This document shows positions 1 to 10,552 of a DNA stretch of 64,000 nt, one piece after another. The notes beneath the pieces are model-generated. The model ran no database searches, had not been told where the DNA came from, and worked only from the letters and a program-made list of their open reading frames with translations. Each line of letters opens with the position of its first letter. Positions within the stretch are counted from its first letter, which is position 1. This DNA comes from an uncultured delta proteobacterium (GTDB taxonomy: Bacteria; Desulfobacterota; Syntrophia; Syntrophales; Smithellaceae). Position numbers and translations under genes: made by a program. The stretch covers positions 224,001 through 288,000 of the forward strand of contig CAVWEH010000001.1 in NCBI GenBank assembly GCA_963753975.1, given 5' to 3'.

Positions 1-86
1 ATGAAACTCAGCTATTATCCCGTTCCGGGATGTCGCGTTTGTGAAAATAGCCTTCGGCTCCTTCCAGGAGGGCTCCACAAGCGCAG

Positions 87-194
87 TGCAGTTCGAAGCG
101 TAAGTGGAATTGATCCCGTATAAGCAGGGATATAATACCCCGCAATTTGCTGCGGAATCGGTTTCCAAGGCTCGCTTTAGGGTTCATACCCATG
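87..194 (+). repeat. Dispersed REP/MITE-like element, family A, copy 1 (may extend to position 1)
   Basis: gttcgaagcgtaagtggaattgatccc...aataccccgca...ggttcatacccatg closely matches 46954-47050. Confidence 0.7.
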
Positions 195-627
195 ATTTCT
201 TTTGAAAAATGTTAAATTTATGGTGAACTAACATCTTTTAAATGTTCTGTAAATATTTATTTGGATAAATAAGTAATAAATTGTAATAAAATATGATTTA
301 TTTAAGTCAGAGCTAACTAAGGAAACTTAGCGACTATAGAGACGTTCCTCGAATCGATCTATATGAATGTTTAAATAATTCAATTATACAGAAATAGATG
401 AAGGTTTTATTCGTTAATATATTGATTTTTTTGACTGATAAATTATCGTCATTGAATATAATCTAAGGCTTGTGTTTGTTTAGCGGTTAAGTACAGATAA
501 CTTCTTTGCCTGGATGATGGAATAAAATATTATAAAAAGAATCATTCATTTATCACATAGGGCGGTTGACGTTAAACACCTTCAGCTTGAAAATATCTAC
601 AAATTGACAGCTGGCGACAAATTATCG

Positions 628-918
628 TTACGTCTTGGAATTTTTTAATTTGTTTAACGCTTCCTTATATCTCTCAGCTTCAGCCTTCACCAACTCGATT
701 TCTTCTTTAGCTTTTTCCAATTTTGCTTCTTGGCTCTGGCGTTCTTCGCTGATTTTATCCTGTATTTCGTCGATTCCCACATAAACAGCCAAAGCTCCTC
801 CCAAAAGCAAGAAAATCGGAAATGCTCCTTTTACTATCGTCATGAAATCCGACCACCAAAATATTAAGCTGATTAATCCTAAAACGGCGGAAATGATTCC
901 TCCAATGAGCAAAGACAT
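628..918 (-). CDS. Small two-TM membrane protein with C-terminal coiled coil, MamI-like N-terminus
   Basis: ATG at 918 preceded by GGAGG; hydrophobic hairpin LGL..WW..GAFP..G; charged helical tail. Confidence 0.75.
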   Translation of the reverse strand: MSLLIGGIISAVLGLISLIFWWSDFMTIVKGAFPIFLLLGGALAVYVGIDEIQDKISEERQSQEAKLEKAKEEIELVKAEAERYKEALNKLKNSKT

Positions 919-1108
919 AGGTAACCCTCCTGCGGACATAAAAAAATTAATAAAAAATAATAGATTACATTTTACTCTTTTTTTCCTATCACGAAAAGAA
1001 TGCTTAGGCAAGTTGGAAATAGATGATTATTAAGGGTAAAAATACTTCTTGATTTAAAGTAGTTCATCATTTAAATAAAAATTAAATTAATGAAGACATA
1101 AGGATAAA

Positions 1109-1483
1109 ATGATTGAACTTAATTTTGCCAAAGGGGATGGTTTAATCCCCGTGATTGTTCAAGATGTTGAAACTAAAGAAATTCTCATGCTGGCTTATAT
1201 GAACAGCCAATCATGGGAAGCGACTCTGCAGACGGGTAGAGCAACTTATTGGAGCCGCTCACGTAAGAAGCTCTGGGTAAAAGGAGAAACATCGGGACAT
1301 TTCCAAATAATTAAAGCTGTTTTTATCGATTGTGATAATGATTCGATTTTGTTGCAGGTAAAACAATTAGGTGAGGCGGCTTGCCATACGGGTTATAAAT
1401 CCTGTTTTTATCGAAAGCTCGTGGGCGATAATTTTGTTGTCGTCGGGGAAAAAATTTTTAATCCCCAGGAAGTATATAAATGA
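1109..1483 (+). CDS. hisI: Phosphoribosyl-AMP cyclohydrolase
   Basis: [21 protein letters not shown] and ACHTG..SCF motifs. Confidence 0.97.
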   Translation: MIELNFAKGDGLIPVIVQDVETKEILMLAYMNSQSWEATLQTGRATYWSRSRKKLWVKGETSGHFQIIKAVFIDCDNDSILLQVKQLGEAACHTGYKSCFYRKLVGDNFVVVGEKIFNPQEVYK

Positions 1484-2352
1484 AAATTTTAAAATTAGGA
1501 ATTCCCAAAGGATCACTGGAAGAAAATACCGTAGATTTATTTAAAAAGGCGGGTTGGCGTATTACCTATGACAGCCGTAGCTATTTCCCCGATATCGATG
1601 ATCCGGAAATTTCGTGCACTCTGGTTCGGGCGCAGGAGATTTCTCGTTATGTCGAAGATGGCACTTTGGATTTGGGTTTGACGGGCATTGATTGGATTTT
1701 GGAAAATTCATCGGATGTAGTTACCGTGCAGGATTTGATTTACTCCAAAGTCTCAATGCGGCAGGCGCGTTGGGTGCTTGTTGTCCGTGAAGATTCACCT
1801 TATCAGACAATTGAAGACATGGAAGGGAAAAAAATATCGACGGAATTGGTTAATTTTACAAGAAAATACTTTGCCCAGAAAAATATCAATGTTCATATTG
1901 AATTTTCTTGGGGGGCGACTGAAGCCAAAGTAGTGGAAGGCCTGGTAGATGCCGTTGTGGAAGTTACGGAAACCGGCTCCACGATTAAAGCCAATAAACT
2001 GCGGATTATTCACGAACTCATGAAGACCAACACGCAGTTGATTGCCAATCGCACTTCTTGGAACGATTCCTGGAAGCGAAAGAAAATAGAGCAAATCAAG
2101 ACAATGCTTACGGGTTCGCTGCAAGCGATGGGGAAAGTAGGACTAAAGCTGAATGTTTCTAAAGAAAATTTAAAGAAGGTTATGGCCTTGCTTCCTTCAC
2201 TGAAATCACCCACAATTTCCAGCTTGTCTTCACAGGAATGGTTTGCGGTAGAATCCATTGTAGATGCAAAAAGCATGAGAGATCTGATCCCTGTGCTTCT
2301 GGAAGCGGGGGCGCAGGGTATAATAGAGTATTCATTAAACAAAGTTGTTTAA
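1480..2352 (+). CDS. hisG: ATP phosphoribosyltransferase (long form)
   Basis: [28 protein letters not shown] motifs; C-terminal regulatory domain. Confidence 0.97.
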   Translation: MKILKLGIPKGSLEENTVDLFKKAGWRITYDSRSYFPDIDDPEISCTLVRAQEISRYVEDGTLDLGLTGIDWILENSSDVVTVQDLIYSKVSMRQARWVLVVREDSPYQTIEDMEGKKISTELVNFTRKYFAQKNINVHIEFSWGATEAKVVEGLVDAVVEVTETGSTIKANKLRIIHELMKTNTQLIANRTSWNDSWKRKKIEQIKTMLTGSLQAMGKVGLKLNVSKENLKKVMALLPSLKSPTISSLSSQEWFAVESIVDAKSMRDLIPVLLEAGAQGIIEYSLNKVV

Positions 2353-2366
2353 GTATTGAGGCGATT

Positions 2367-2954
2367 ATGGCTAGAAGCGCAAAAATTATCCGCAAAACAA
2401 CGGAAACAGACATACAACTGGAAATCAGCCTGGATAAAGTTGGTGAAACAAAGATTGCCACAACCATCCCTTTTCTCGACCATATGCTGGAACTCTTTGC
2501 GCGTCATGGTTTTTTTAAACTCATTGTCAAAAGCAAAGGGGACACTCAAATTGATGACCATCATTTGGTGGAAGATCTAGGCATTTGTCTGGGACAAGCC
2601 GTGGGGAAGGCATTGGGTAAGAAAACCGGCATTAATCGTTATGGTTCGGCCTCGGTACCGATGGATGAATGCTTATGCCGCGTAGATTTGGATATTTCCG
2701 GCCGGCCATATCTGATTTATAATATCAAATATGAACGCAGAAAGATAGGCGGCTTTGATCCGGCTTTGATTAAAGAATTTTTTAAGGCGTTTACCGATCA
2801 CAGCGGCGTAACATTACACATCAACCTGGTTTATGGCAGTAATAGTCACCACATTATTGAAGCGGCATTCAAGGCTTTTGCCCGAGCCTTGAGGAAAGCC
2901 GTAACTTTAAACAAAAATATAGAAGGAGTCCTATCTACCAAGGGGAGTCTTTAA
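2367..2954 (+). CDS. hisB: Imidazoleglycerol-phosphate dehydratase
   Basis: RKTTETDI, DDHHLVED, NSHHIIEAAFKA, STKG motifs; ATG at 2367. Confidence 0.97.
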   Translation: MARSAKIIRKTTETDIQLEISLDKVGETKIATTIPFLDHMLELFARHGFFKLIVKSKGDTQIDDHHLVEDLGICLGQAVGKALGKKTGINRYGSASVPMDECLCRVDLDISGRPYLIYNIKYERRKIGGFDPALIKEFFKAFTDHSGVTLHINLVYGSNSHHIIEAAFKAFARALRKAVTLNKNIEGVLSTKGSL

Positions 2955-2974
2955 AAAAAGTGAGGTAAAAAAAA

Positions 2975-3664
2975 TTGTTCAATTATTTTCGGAAAAAACT
3001 TAGCTGTATTGCCGGATTTATCTTAGTCGCTCTTTTGAGTTTGTCGGCTACAACTCAAGCCGCGGAAGAAAACATGGAAAGTCCTAAAGCACCAGTGCGC
3101 ATCGGCGTCATTTCGTTTCAACCCTTAATCCCGGAGGAAGGTGGATTGGGAACTGCAGTCGTCTGTCCACTTTGCAGCACGGGTTATTCCAGCGGAAGAA
3201 TATTAAAGGGAGCGGAAAAAATAGTCGAGAATATCTTTATTGAAAAATTGCGTGAGTTGAAAGAAGTACAAATAATTCCTCTTGATAAGGCGCAAAGCGT
3301 CTATAAGAGAATTTCTTCGGAATCGTTCAAAAAGCCTTTACTGGAGGTTTTGAAAAAAGTCGGCAATGAATTGGGAGCGGATGCCTTAGCCCTGGGTTAT
3401 ATTTACCGTTATACCGAAAGAGTGGGTTACGACTTTTCTACTGAACATCCGGCTTCTGTAGCTTTTGAGATTTATATTATTAAACCAATTGACGGCAGTA
3501 CAATTTGGCGGGGGATTTTTGATAAAACGCAAAAATCACTTATGGAAGATTTATTCCAAGTATCTTCGTTTTATAAAGGCGGCGGTAAATGGGTTACCGC
3601 AGAAGAACTGTCGAAACAAGGCATGGATGAAATTTTCGAGACATTTCCGGGCTTTGTACGTTAA
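2975..3664 (+). CDS. Exported hypothetical protein (CsgG/LpoB-like alpha/beta fold possible)
   Basis: Signal-peptide-like N-terminus; LGADALALG...SVAF pattern; CPLC motif. Confidence 0.65.
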   Translation: MFNYFRKKLSCIAGFILVALLSLSATTQAAEENMESPKAPVRIGVISFQPLIPEEGGLGTAVVCPLCSTGYSSGRILKGAEKIVENIFIEKLRELKEVQIIPLDKAQSVYKRISSESFKKPLLEVLKKVGNELGADALALGYIYRYTERVGYDFSTEHPASVAFEIYIIKPIDGSTIWRGIFDKTQKSLMEDLFQVSSFYKGGGKWVTAEELSKQGMDEIFETFPGFVR

Positions 3665-3750
3665 AAATTACCATTCAGGCGATAATTGTTTTTTCTTCTC
3701 GAAATTTTTCCACCGTGATTTTGAACTTTTTTCCGCTAGGGAGTGTTTAT

Positions 3751-4482
3751 TTGGTCATTATCCCGGCAATTGACATCAAAGATGGTAAATGTGTACGGCT
3801 GGCTCAGGGTGATTTTGACCGCGTTACGCTCTATGCGGACAATCCGGTAGAAATAGCGCTTACCTGGGAACGAAAAGGCGCCGAATTGATCCATGTGGTT
3901 GACTTGGACGGTTCTGTCGCTGGTTCACCCCGTAACGAAGCGGTTATCCTGGACATTGTTAAAAAAGTTAATATACCGATTCAGGTTGGCGGCGGTATAA
4001 GAGACATGGAGACAATTGAGTTCTATTTAAAAAATAATGTCTCCAGCGTTATCCTGGGTACAGCAGCACTGCAAAATAAAAAAATAGTCTGCGATGCCAG
4101 CGAGGTTTTTCCCGGGAAAATAATTTTAGGTATTGATGCTTTGGAAGGGAATGTGGCCATTCACGGATGGACACAAAAGACTAGTCAAAATGCAATCGAG
4201 TTGGCTCGGCGTTATGAAAACTGTGGTTTAAAAGCCATTGTTTATACTGATATCAAACGTGACGGCATGGAAACAGGAGTGAATATTGAAGCAACGAAAA
4301 CTTTGGCCGCAGCAATAAATATACCGGTGATTGCTTCCGGCGGTGTGGCAGACATTCGCGATGTGAAAAAACTTCTGGAAGCTGAAGATTCTGAGATTTA
4401 TGGAGTAATTATTGGTCGCGCTCTTTATACGGGTGCGGTTTCTCTGGAAGATGCTATTAGAATAGGGAAAAAAGCCTCTTAA
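3751..4482 (+). CDS. hisA: ProFAR isomerase
   Basis: IIPAIDIKDGKCVRL, HVVDLDG, QVGGGIR, IASGGV motifs; TTG start at 3751 after GGGAG. Confidence 0.95.
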   Translation: MVIIPAIDIKDGKCVRLAQGDFDRVTLYADNPVEIALTWERKGAELIHVVDLDGSVAGSPRNEAVILDIVKKVNIPIQVGGGIRDMETIEFYLKNNVSSVILGTAALQNKKIVCDASEVFPGKIILGIDALEGNVAIHGWTQKTSQNAIELARRYENCGLKAIVYTDIKRDGMETGVNIEATKTLAAAINIPVIASGGVADIRDVKKLLEAEDSEIYGVIIGRALYTGAVSLEDAIRIGKKAS

Positions 4483-4504
4483 TTAAAATAGGGAGGTAAT
4501 ATTT

Positions 4505-4849
4505 ATGTCCGATTGCATATTTTGCAAGATTGTCGAAGGTAAAATTCCCTGCACCAAAATTTACGAAGACGATCAAATGCTGGCTTTTGATGACATTCAT
4601 CCGATGGCGCCGGTACATGTTATCGTCATTCCTAAAAAACACGTTTCTACTCTGATGGACATTGATACAAAAAGCAGTAGTGTAGCCAATTATTTAATTA
4701 ACACTGCTCAAAAAGTGGCGCGGATTAAGGGAATTGCGGCCAGAGGCTTTCGTACAGTCATTAACTGCAATGACGAAGGCGGACAAATTGTTTTTCATTT
4801 ACATATGCACTTACTGGGAGGTAGAAGGCTCCAGGACAAATTAGGCTGA
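4505..4849 (+). CDS. Histidine triad nucleotide-binding protein (HinT-like)
   Basis: DCIFCKI...HLHMHLLGG. Confidence 0.95.
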   Translation: MSDCIFCKIVEGKIPCTKIYEDDQMLAFDDIHPMAPVHVIVIPKKHVSTLMDIDTKSSSVANYLINTAQKVARIKGIAARGFRTVINCNDEGGQIVFHLHMHLLGGRRLQDKLG

Positions 4850-4867
4850 ATAGAAGGGTGAATAAAA

Positions 4868-5314
4868 ATGGATATAAATACAAAACTAAATCAAGAAATA
4901 GCTCTCGCCGCGAAAGCCAGAGACAAAATCCGTCTCTCCGCAGTTCGTATGCTGAAAACAGCGCTGCATAACAAAGAAATTGACTTGATGCGGCCGTTGA
5001 ACGAAAGCGAAATCTTGCAGACTCTTTCCGCGGTAGTAAAGCAAAGAAAGGATTCCATCGAACAGTTTGCAAAGGGTGGAAGAAATGATCTTGTAGAAAA
5101 AGAAGAGGCGGAATTGAAGGTGGTGCAGGAATTCCTACCAGCACAAATGTCTGATGAAGAAGTAGAAACTCTGATAAAAAAGGCGATGGCAGAAGCCGGC
5201 GCTGTTTCCGTGAAAGATATGGGCAAAGTAATGAAAATCTTGATGCCGCAGCTGACCGGCAAGGCCGATGGCAAAGCAGTGGGCGAAAAAGTGAAAGCGC
5301 TCTTATCTCAGTAA
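4868..5314 (+). CDS. GatB/YqeY domain protein
   Basis: VKQRKDSIEQF...GRNDL...KDMGKVM. Confidence 0.93.
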   Translation: MDINTKLNQEIALAAKARDKIRLSAVRMLKTALHNKEIDLMRPLNESEILQTLSAVVKQRKDSIEQFAKGGRNDLVEKEEAELKVVQEFLPAQMSDEEVETLIKKAMAEAGAVSVKDMGKVMKILMPQLTGKADGKAVGEKVKALLSQ

Positions 5315-5362
5315 AAGGTTAAAAAATAGGCAGGATTAATATCCAGTAGGTTAAATATTTAC

Positions 5363-7126
5363 GTGCGTTTTGATGACAATAAGATTGAAGAAATCAAAAG
5401 CAGGGTAGATATCGTTGAGCTGGTCTCCGAATATCTTGCTTTGAAGAAAGCGGGACGGAATTTTATCGGTCTCTGCCCCTTTCATCAGGAAAAAACGGCA
5501 TCTTTCACGGTTAATCGTGAAAAACAAATATTCTACTGTTTTGGATGCGGCGAAGGCGGGAACGTTATCACTTTCCTGATGAAAATTGCCAATAAGACTT
5601 TTCCGGAAGCAATTAAAGATTTAGCGGAAAAAACGGGAGTTATTTTACCGCAGCGGCAAGTAAGCAAAGAAAGCCAGGAAAAAGATAGGCTGCGCGAAAG
5701 CATCACCGGCATTAATTTAACGGCGGCGCATCAATTTACGCGCAATCTACTCTCCCCTTTAGGCAAAGACGCTCGTGAATGCTTGACAAATAGGGGTATT
5801 GCCGAAGAAACCATCAAACAATTCCGGTTGGGCTATGCGCCCGATAGCTGGCGGTCATTGGCAAATTATTTAGAGGGCAGCGGCCTATCCCTGAAATTAG
5901 CCGAGCGAGCGGGCTTGGTTATCGCCGGCAAAGACGAAGGTTTCTACGATCGGTTTCGTGGCCGGCTGATTTTCCCCATTGAAAATATTTTTGGCGAAAC
6001 GGTGGGTTTTGGCGGCAGAGTTCTGGAAAAAGGCGAACCGAAATATCTGAATTCGCCGGAATCGCCGGTTTACAGCAAAGGGAAAATTCTATATGGTTTG
6101 AATAGGACAAAAGAGGAAATCCGCAAGCAGGGTTTTGCTCTTATTGTCGAAGGCTATTTTGATTTGATTTCTCTATGGAATGCGGGTATCGGCAATGTCG
6201 TTGCCACTTTAGGGACAGCACTGACCAGAGAACATATTGAGCTTTTAAGGCGTTACACTCCGGAAGTCGTTGCCCTTTTTGATCCGGATGAAGCAGGGAT
6301 AAAAGCCCTTAACCGCAGCCTCGAATTATTTTTGAGCATGGGAATACGGACGCGGGCGCTGATTTTGCCGGAAGATTGCGATCCGGATGATTATGTAAAA
6401 AGATACGGCAAAGATAAACTTAATGAACTTATTACTCACGCTCCGGCAATAAGTGATTACTATATTGATCATGTTTTGGGCGGCGGAAAGACTTTCGAGG
6501 ATAAACGGGAAATGATAAAAACTGCCATGGAACTTATTAATAAGATCAGCGATAAAAAAGAAAAGGATATTTTTATTAAACGGATAGCGGAAAAAACAGG
6601 CATTAATCAAGAGTTGCTGATAAAAGAAATTTATGAAAATGAAATGCAAATAAGGCCGAAAATTGGGAAAGAAAGACTACGACTTAATATTAATAATGAT
6701 TTAGTGGAAATGCATTTAATTCAGCTTCTGCTGGAGTATCCGCAGAAAACGACTCAGATCGAAAATGAAAATATATTAGGTTTTTTTCTTCAGCCGGAGC
6801 TGAAAATTCTAGGGGGAAAAATTGTTGAAACCTATAAGCTGCTTGGTTTTGTTGATATTAACATCATATTGTCTGCAGATGAAGATAAACCTTTACTCGA
6901 AAGAATACATAAATTAAGAATGGAAACACCGCTGGTTGATGATGTCAAATTAGGGAAGCTTTTTGACGATAATATCCGGCAAATTAAGAAAAAATGGTAT
7001 AAGGATCAACACAAACAAATTAAATTGAAGCTGGGCCAAGCTCAAGAAAGCGGCGATGAAGAGCTTTTGAGCACGCTTCTTCGCGAAAAAGAAAAGTTGC
7101 TAACCAAAGAAAAAGAATTACATTAA
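5363..7126 (+). CDS. dnaG: DNA primase
   Basis: CPFH..CFGC zinc finger, KYLNSPES, EGYFD, DPDEAG TOPRIM motifs. Confidence 0.98.
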   Translation: MRFDDNKIEEIKSRVDIVELVSEYLALKKAGRNFIGLCPFHQEKTASFTVNREKQIFYCFGCGEGGNVITFLMKIANKTFPEAIKDLAEKTGVILPQRQVSKESQEKDRLRESITGINLTAAHQFTRNLLSPLGKDARECLTNRGIAEETIKQFRLGYAPDSWRSLANYLEGSGLSLKLAERAGLVIAGKDEGFYDRFRGRLIFPIENIFGETVGFGGRVLEKGEPKYLNSPESPVYSKGKILYGLNRTKEEIRKQGFALIVEGYFDLISLWNAGIGNVVATLGTALTREHIELLRRYTPEVVALFDPDEAGIKALNRSLELFLSMGIRTRALILPEDCDPDDYVKRYGKDKLNELITHAPAISDYYIDHVLGGGKTFEDKREMIKTAMELINKISDKKEKDIFIKRIAEKTGINQELLIKEIYENEMQIRPKIGKERLRLNINNDLVEMHLIQLLLEYPQKTTQIENENILGFFLQPELKILGGKIVETYKLLGFVDINIILSADEDKPLLERIHKLRMETPLVDDVKLGKLFDDNIRQIKKKWYKDQHKQIKLKLGQAQESGDEELLSTLLREKEKLLTKEKELH

Positions 7127-7163
7127 GAAAGTTAGATAAATAAAAAATTTGGGGTGATGCCGA

Positions 7164-8915
7164 ATGGCTAAAGAACTGCAATCCGATGAATTTAAAAAAT
7201 TACTTTCACTGGGTGAAGAAAAAGGATTTTTAACTTACGATGATGTCAACGATATGTTGCCGCCGGATGTAACCTCTTCGGATCAAATTGATGATATTAT
7301 TATACTTTTTGGAGAAAAAAATATTGATATCATTGATACAGAACAGGGTGAAAAGCTCGTGGTGAAAAAGCCCGCAGAAGATGTTGCGCCTGCTAAATTT
7401 CCGGAGACATTGGCGGCGTTGGTGCCCGGCGCCGGAAAAACTGGAGATCCAGTCAAAATGTACTTGCGCGAAATGGGCTTGGTCTCTCTTTTGAGTAGAG
7501 AAGGGGAAGTGGAAATAGCGAAAAAAATAGAAGAGGGCGCGCGCGAAACGATGTCGGCAATTTTTCGGCTGGCCGTTTCGATTAAAGAGGTTCTCAATCT
7601 TGCCGATAAGCTGCAAACTGGAGAAATTCGAATCAAAAACGTCGTCGATAATATTGAAGATGAAGAAGGTTTTGTCGAAGAGGATGAACATAAAGAGAGG
7701 GTTCTAAAGCTGATTTCCAGGATTAAACTTTTCAATGACAGAAATAACGTTTTGCTCGTTAAACTCAAATCCAAGACTATGCGTAGCAAGAAGCGTGAAT
7801 TGTTAAATGCCGAGTTGGAAAAAAACACGAAGAATATAATTACGCTTTGCCGGAAAATTCGCTTCAGTAAAAAACAAATTTATCGATTTGTTTCCCGTCT
7901 GCGTCACTATAGCGAGGAGATAGAAAGAGCAGAAAAAATTATTGCCCAATATAAAAAGGAAACCAGATTAACCCTTGCTCAATTGGAAAAAGCATGGGCG
8001 AAAATGAAAAGATCGAAGTCTGATGAAAAACGAGCGGCTAAAGAAAATCGTGTTTCCATTGATCTGCTTAAAAAAAGCAAGGTCGCCATAAATGAAGCGC
8101 ACAAAAGAATAAAGCAAATTGTGCGGGAAGTAGGTATACCGACAGCGACCCTGAAAACTGTTGTTAAGTCCATTGACGAAGGTGAACTTAAAGCAGAAAT
8201 AGCTCAAAGGAAACTTGTCGAGGCAAATTTACGCCTCGTCGTAAGCATCGCCAAGAAATACACCAATCGCGGCTTACAGTTTCTTGATCTAATTCAGGAG
8301 GGCAATATCGGCCTAATGAAGGCCGTGGATAAATTTGAGTATCAACGCGGCTATAAATTTTCTACGTATGCGACATGGTGGATTAGACAGGCCATCACAC
8401 GCGCTATTGCCGATCAAGCAAGGACAATAAGGATTCCTGTCCACATGATTGAAACAATCAATAAACTCATCCGCACTTCCCGTTATTTAGTGCAGGAATT
8501 GGGTCGCGAACCTACCCCCGAAGAAATTGCCAATAAAATGGAATATCCGTTGGAGAAAGTAAGAAAGGTATTAAAAATTGCGAAAGAGCCCATTTCCCTG
8601 GAAACTCCTATAGGCGAGGAAGAGGACAGTCATTTGGGCGATTTTATCGAAGATAAAAAGATCATGTCTCCTTCGGAAGCGACGATCAACATGGACCTGG
8701 CGGATCAAACAAGAAAAATATTGTCAACACTTACTCCTCGTGAAGAAAAAGTTTTACGTATGCGTTTTGGCATCAGTGATAGGTTAAACTCTTCGTCGGA
8801 AGACGAAAAAGTGATAGCGGATTTAATGGAAACATTGATAGAAGAGTCTGAAGTTATTGAAGCTCCGGCATCGAAAAAAACTAAGAGCAAATCACGAAAG
8901 CGTTCTTCAAAATAG
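7164..8915 (+). CDS. rpoD: RNA polymerase primary sigma factor with degenerate region 4.2
   Basis: Regions 1.1, 1.2 ([11 protein letters not shown]), 2 ([27 protein letters not shown]) and 3 are intact; follows dnaG; C-terminus diverges after MRFGI. Confidence 0.95.
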   Translation: MAKELQSDEFKKLLSLGEEKGFLTYDDVNDMLPPDVTSSDQIDDIIILFGEKNIDIIDTEQGEKLVVKKPAEDVAPAKFPETLAALVPGAGKTGDPVKMYLREMGLVSLLSREGEVEIAKKIEEGARETMSAIFRLAVSIKEVLNLADKLQTGEIRIKNVVDNIEDEEGFVEEDEHKERVLKLISRIKLFNDRNNVLLVKLKSKTMRSKKRELLNAELEKNTKNIITLCRKIRFSKKQIYRFVSRLRHYSEEIERAEKIIAQYKKETRLTLAQLEKAWAKMKRSKSDEKRAAKENRVSIDLLKKSKVAINEAHKRIKQIVREVGIPTATLKTVVKSIDEGELKAEIAQRKLVEANLRLVVSIAKKYTNRGLQFLDLIQEGNIGLMKAVDKFEYQRGYKFSTYATWWIRQAITRAIADQARTIRIPVHMIETINKLIRTSRYLVQELGREPTPEEIANKMEYPLEKVRKVLKIAKEPISLETPIGEEEDSHLGDFIEDKKIMSPSEATINMDLADQTRKILSTLTPREEKVLRMRFGISDRLNSSSEDEKVIADLMETLIEESEVIEAPASKKTKSKSRKRSSK

Positions 8916-8981
8916 TATTGACAAGCTATATATTTGGGTATATCAAGGCAAGCCCTTATATACATTAGATAAGTAGACGGC

Positions 8982-9057
8982 GGGCCCATAGCTCAATTGG
9001 TAGAGCCACCGGCTCATAACCGGTAGGTCCCTGGTTCGATCCCAGGTGGGCCCACCA
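8982..9057 (+). tRNA. tRNA with CAT anticodon, probably tRNA-Ile2 (lysidine-modified)
   Basis: Cloverleaf GGGCCCA...CTCATAA...GTTCGAT...TGGGCCCACCA; position after rpoD resembles E. coli ileX; lacks the initiator GGG/CCC anticodon stem. Confidence 0.92.
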
Positions 9058-9208
9058 AACAAACGAGGGAAGAAAACAGTGATAAAAGTCGCAATCATTT
9101 TCGGCAAAGGAAGGCCGAATTTCGCAACCAGTGTTATACCTGCCGTAAAAAAACAAGTAATGTCGTCATTTCACGGCACACGCGGTAAGGTAATAAGCCG
9201 GTATTTTT

Positions 9209-9241
9209 AAAAATGCACCCCTAACAAGGTGCATTTTTTTT
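9209..9241 (+). terminator. Intrinsic terminator, possibly bidirectional
   Basis: aaaaatgcacc-cctaacaa-ggtgcattttttt. Confidence 0.8.
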
Positions 9242-9419
9242 GTGAGACTACCTTTTCAATAACGAAGCATATAACCTAATAACCTGAAGGTCACGTGAGG
9301 TTACATGTTGAAAAGGGTAAGTCAAGCAATCCCGCTGCAGCAGGTATAATACGCCGTCCTTTAAGGCGGAATAAATGTTGATGTTTTAGGGATCCTAATA
9401 ATAAAGAAGGAGAAGATTA

Positions 9420-10139
9420 TTGAAAAGGAATTTATTATCGTTAATTGAACTTCAGGAATGTGATTCGCAATTGGTTAAGCTGCTGACCGGGAAAAAAAAT
9501 CTGCCGGAAAGGCTGGATAAACTCGACACAGAATTCTTAGCATTCAGAGATGAAATCGAACAAAATAAAAAAAAGTATGATCAGCTTAAATCTCTGCACT
9601 CGGATAAAGAAAAAGAAATTAAAAAACTCAATGAAAATAGCGCCAAAGCCAAGGAAAAGCTTCTGGAAGTCAAGAACAATAAGGAATACCATGCTATGCT
9701 TAAAGAGATTGAGGTTATCGAAGCATTATACGGCGATGTTGAAACTGAAATAATTTCCATACTCGAGGAGATGGACAAGGTGTTGCTTCTAGCAAAAAAA
9801 GATGAGGAATCTTTGAATCAGCAAAAGAAGAAATATGAAGAAGACAAGAAGAAGATGAAGGCGGAGCTCAACACAATAGATGAAGATTTTGTGAAGTGGG
9901 AGCAAAAGCGCAATGATTTGAGAAAAAAAATTCCTGGCGATCTTTTGGCCAAATATGAAAAGATCAAAAACAGAAATAACGGCATCGGCGTAATTTCTGT
10001 TTGGAAGGAAGTATGCAACGGCTGCCATATGAATATTCCACCGCAACTTTATAATGAACTGCAAAAGTCGTCGGAGTTAATCAGTTGCCCCAATTGCAAT
10101 CGAATAATTTATTTCCAAAATAGAGAAAAATCGACCTAG
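9420..10139 (+). CDS. Coiled-coil, C4-type zinc ribbon protein (DUF164 family)
   Basis: Long coiled coil then CNGCHM...CPNCNRI. Confidence 0.9.
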   Translation: MKRNLLSLIELQECDSQLVKLLTGKKNLPERLDKLDTEFLAFRDEIEQNKKKYDQLKSLHSDKEKEIKKLNENSAKAKEKLLEVKNNKEYHAMLKEIEVIEALYGDVETEIISILEEMDKVLLLAKKDEESLNQQKKKYEEDKKKMKAELNTIDEDFVKWEQKRNDLRKKIPGDLLAKYEKIKNRNNGIGVISVWKEVCNGCHMNIPPQLYNELQKSSELISCPNCNRIIYFQNREKST

Positions 10140-10144
10140 AAATT

Positions 10145-10552
10145 ATGGTTGAAGAAAATTACAGGCTGTATAGTGATGGTGCCTGCCGCGGCAATCCGGG
10201 TATTGGCGGCGCCGGCGCCGTGATAACCGACGCCGCAGGAAATGTCGTCTGGGAAGGTAAAGAATTCCTTGGCCATTGTACGAATAATATCGCCGAATAC
10301 AGAGCGCTGATTTTAGGTTTGAAAGGAGCGCTGGCTCAAGGGTATAATAATTTGAAAGTTTATTTGGATTCGGAACTTCTAGCTAGGCAAATTAACGGTT
10401 CATACCGCGTGAAAAACGAAAGTTTAAAAAATTTAATGACGGAGATTCGTAGTCTGCTTTCATCCATGGAATCGGTTCAAGTTAAACACGTCCTGCGTTC
10501 GCACAATAGCCGCGCCGATAAGCTGGCCAATATGGCGATTGATGATCATTAA
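10145..10552 (+). CDS. Ribonuclease HI family protein
   Basis: DGACRGNPG, TNNIAEY, DSEL, ADKLAN motifs. Confidence 0.93.
   Translation: MVEENYRLYSDGACRGNPGIGGAGAVITDAAGNVVWEGKEFLGHCTNNIAEYRALILGLKGALAQGYNNLKVYLDSELLARQINGSYRVKNESLKNLMTEIRSLLSSMESVQVKHVLRSHNSRADKLANMAIDDH

Noticed and set aside
8965..9156. 63-aa minus-strand ORF
   Set aside because: It is the antisense translation of the tRNA.
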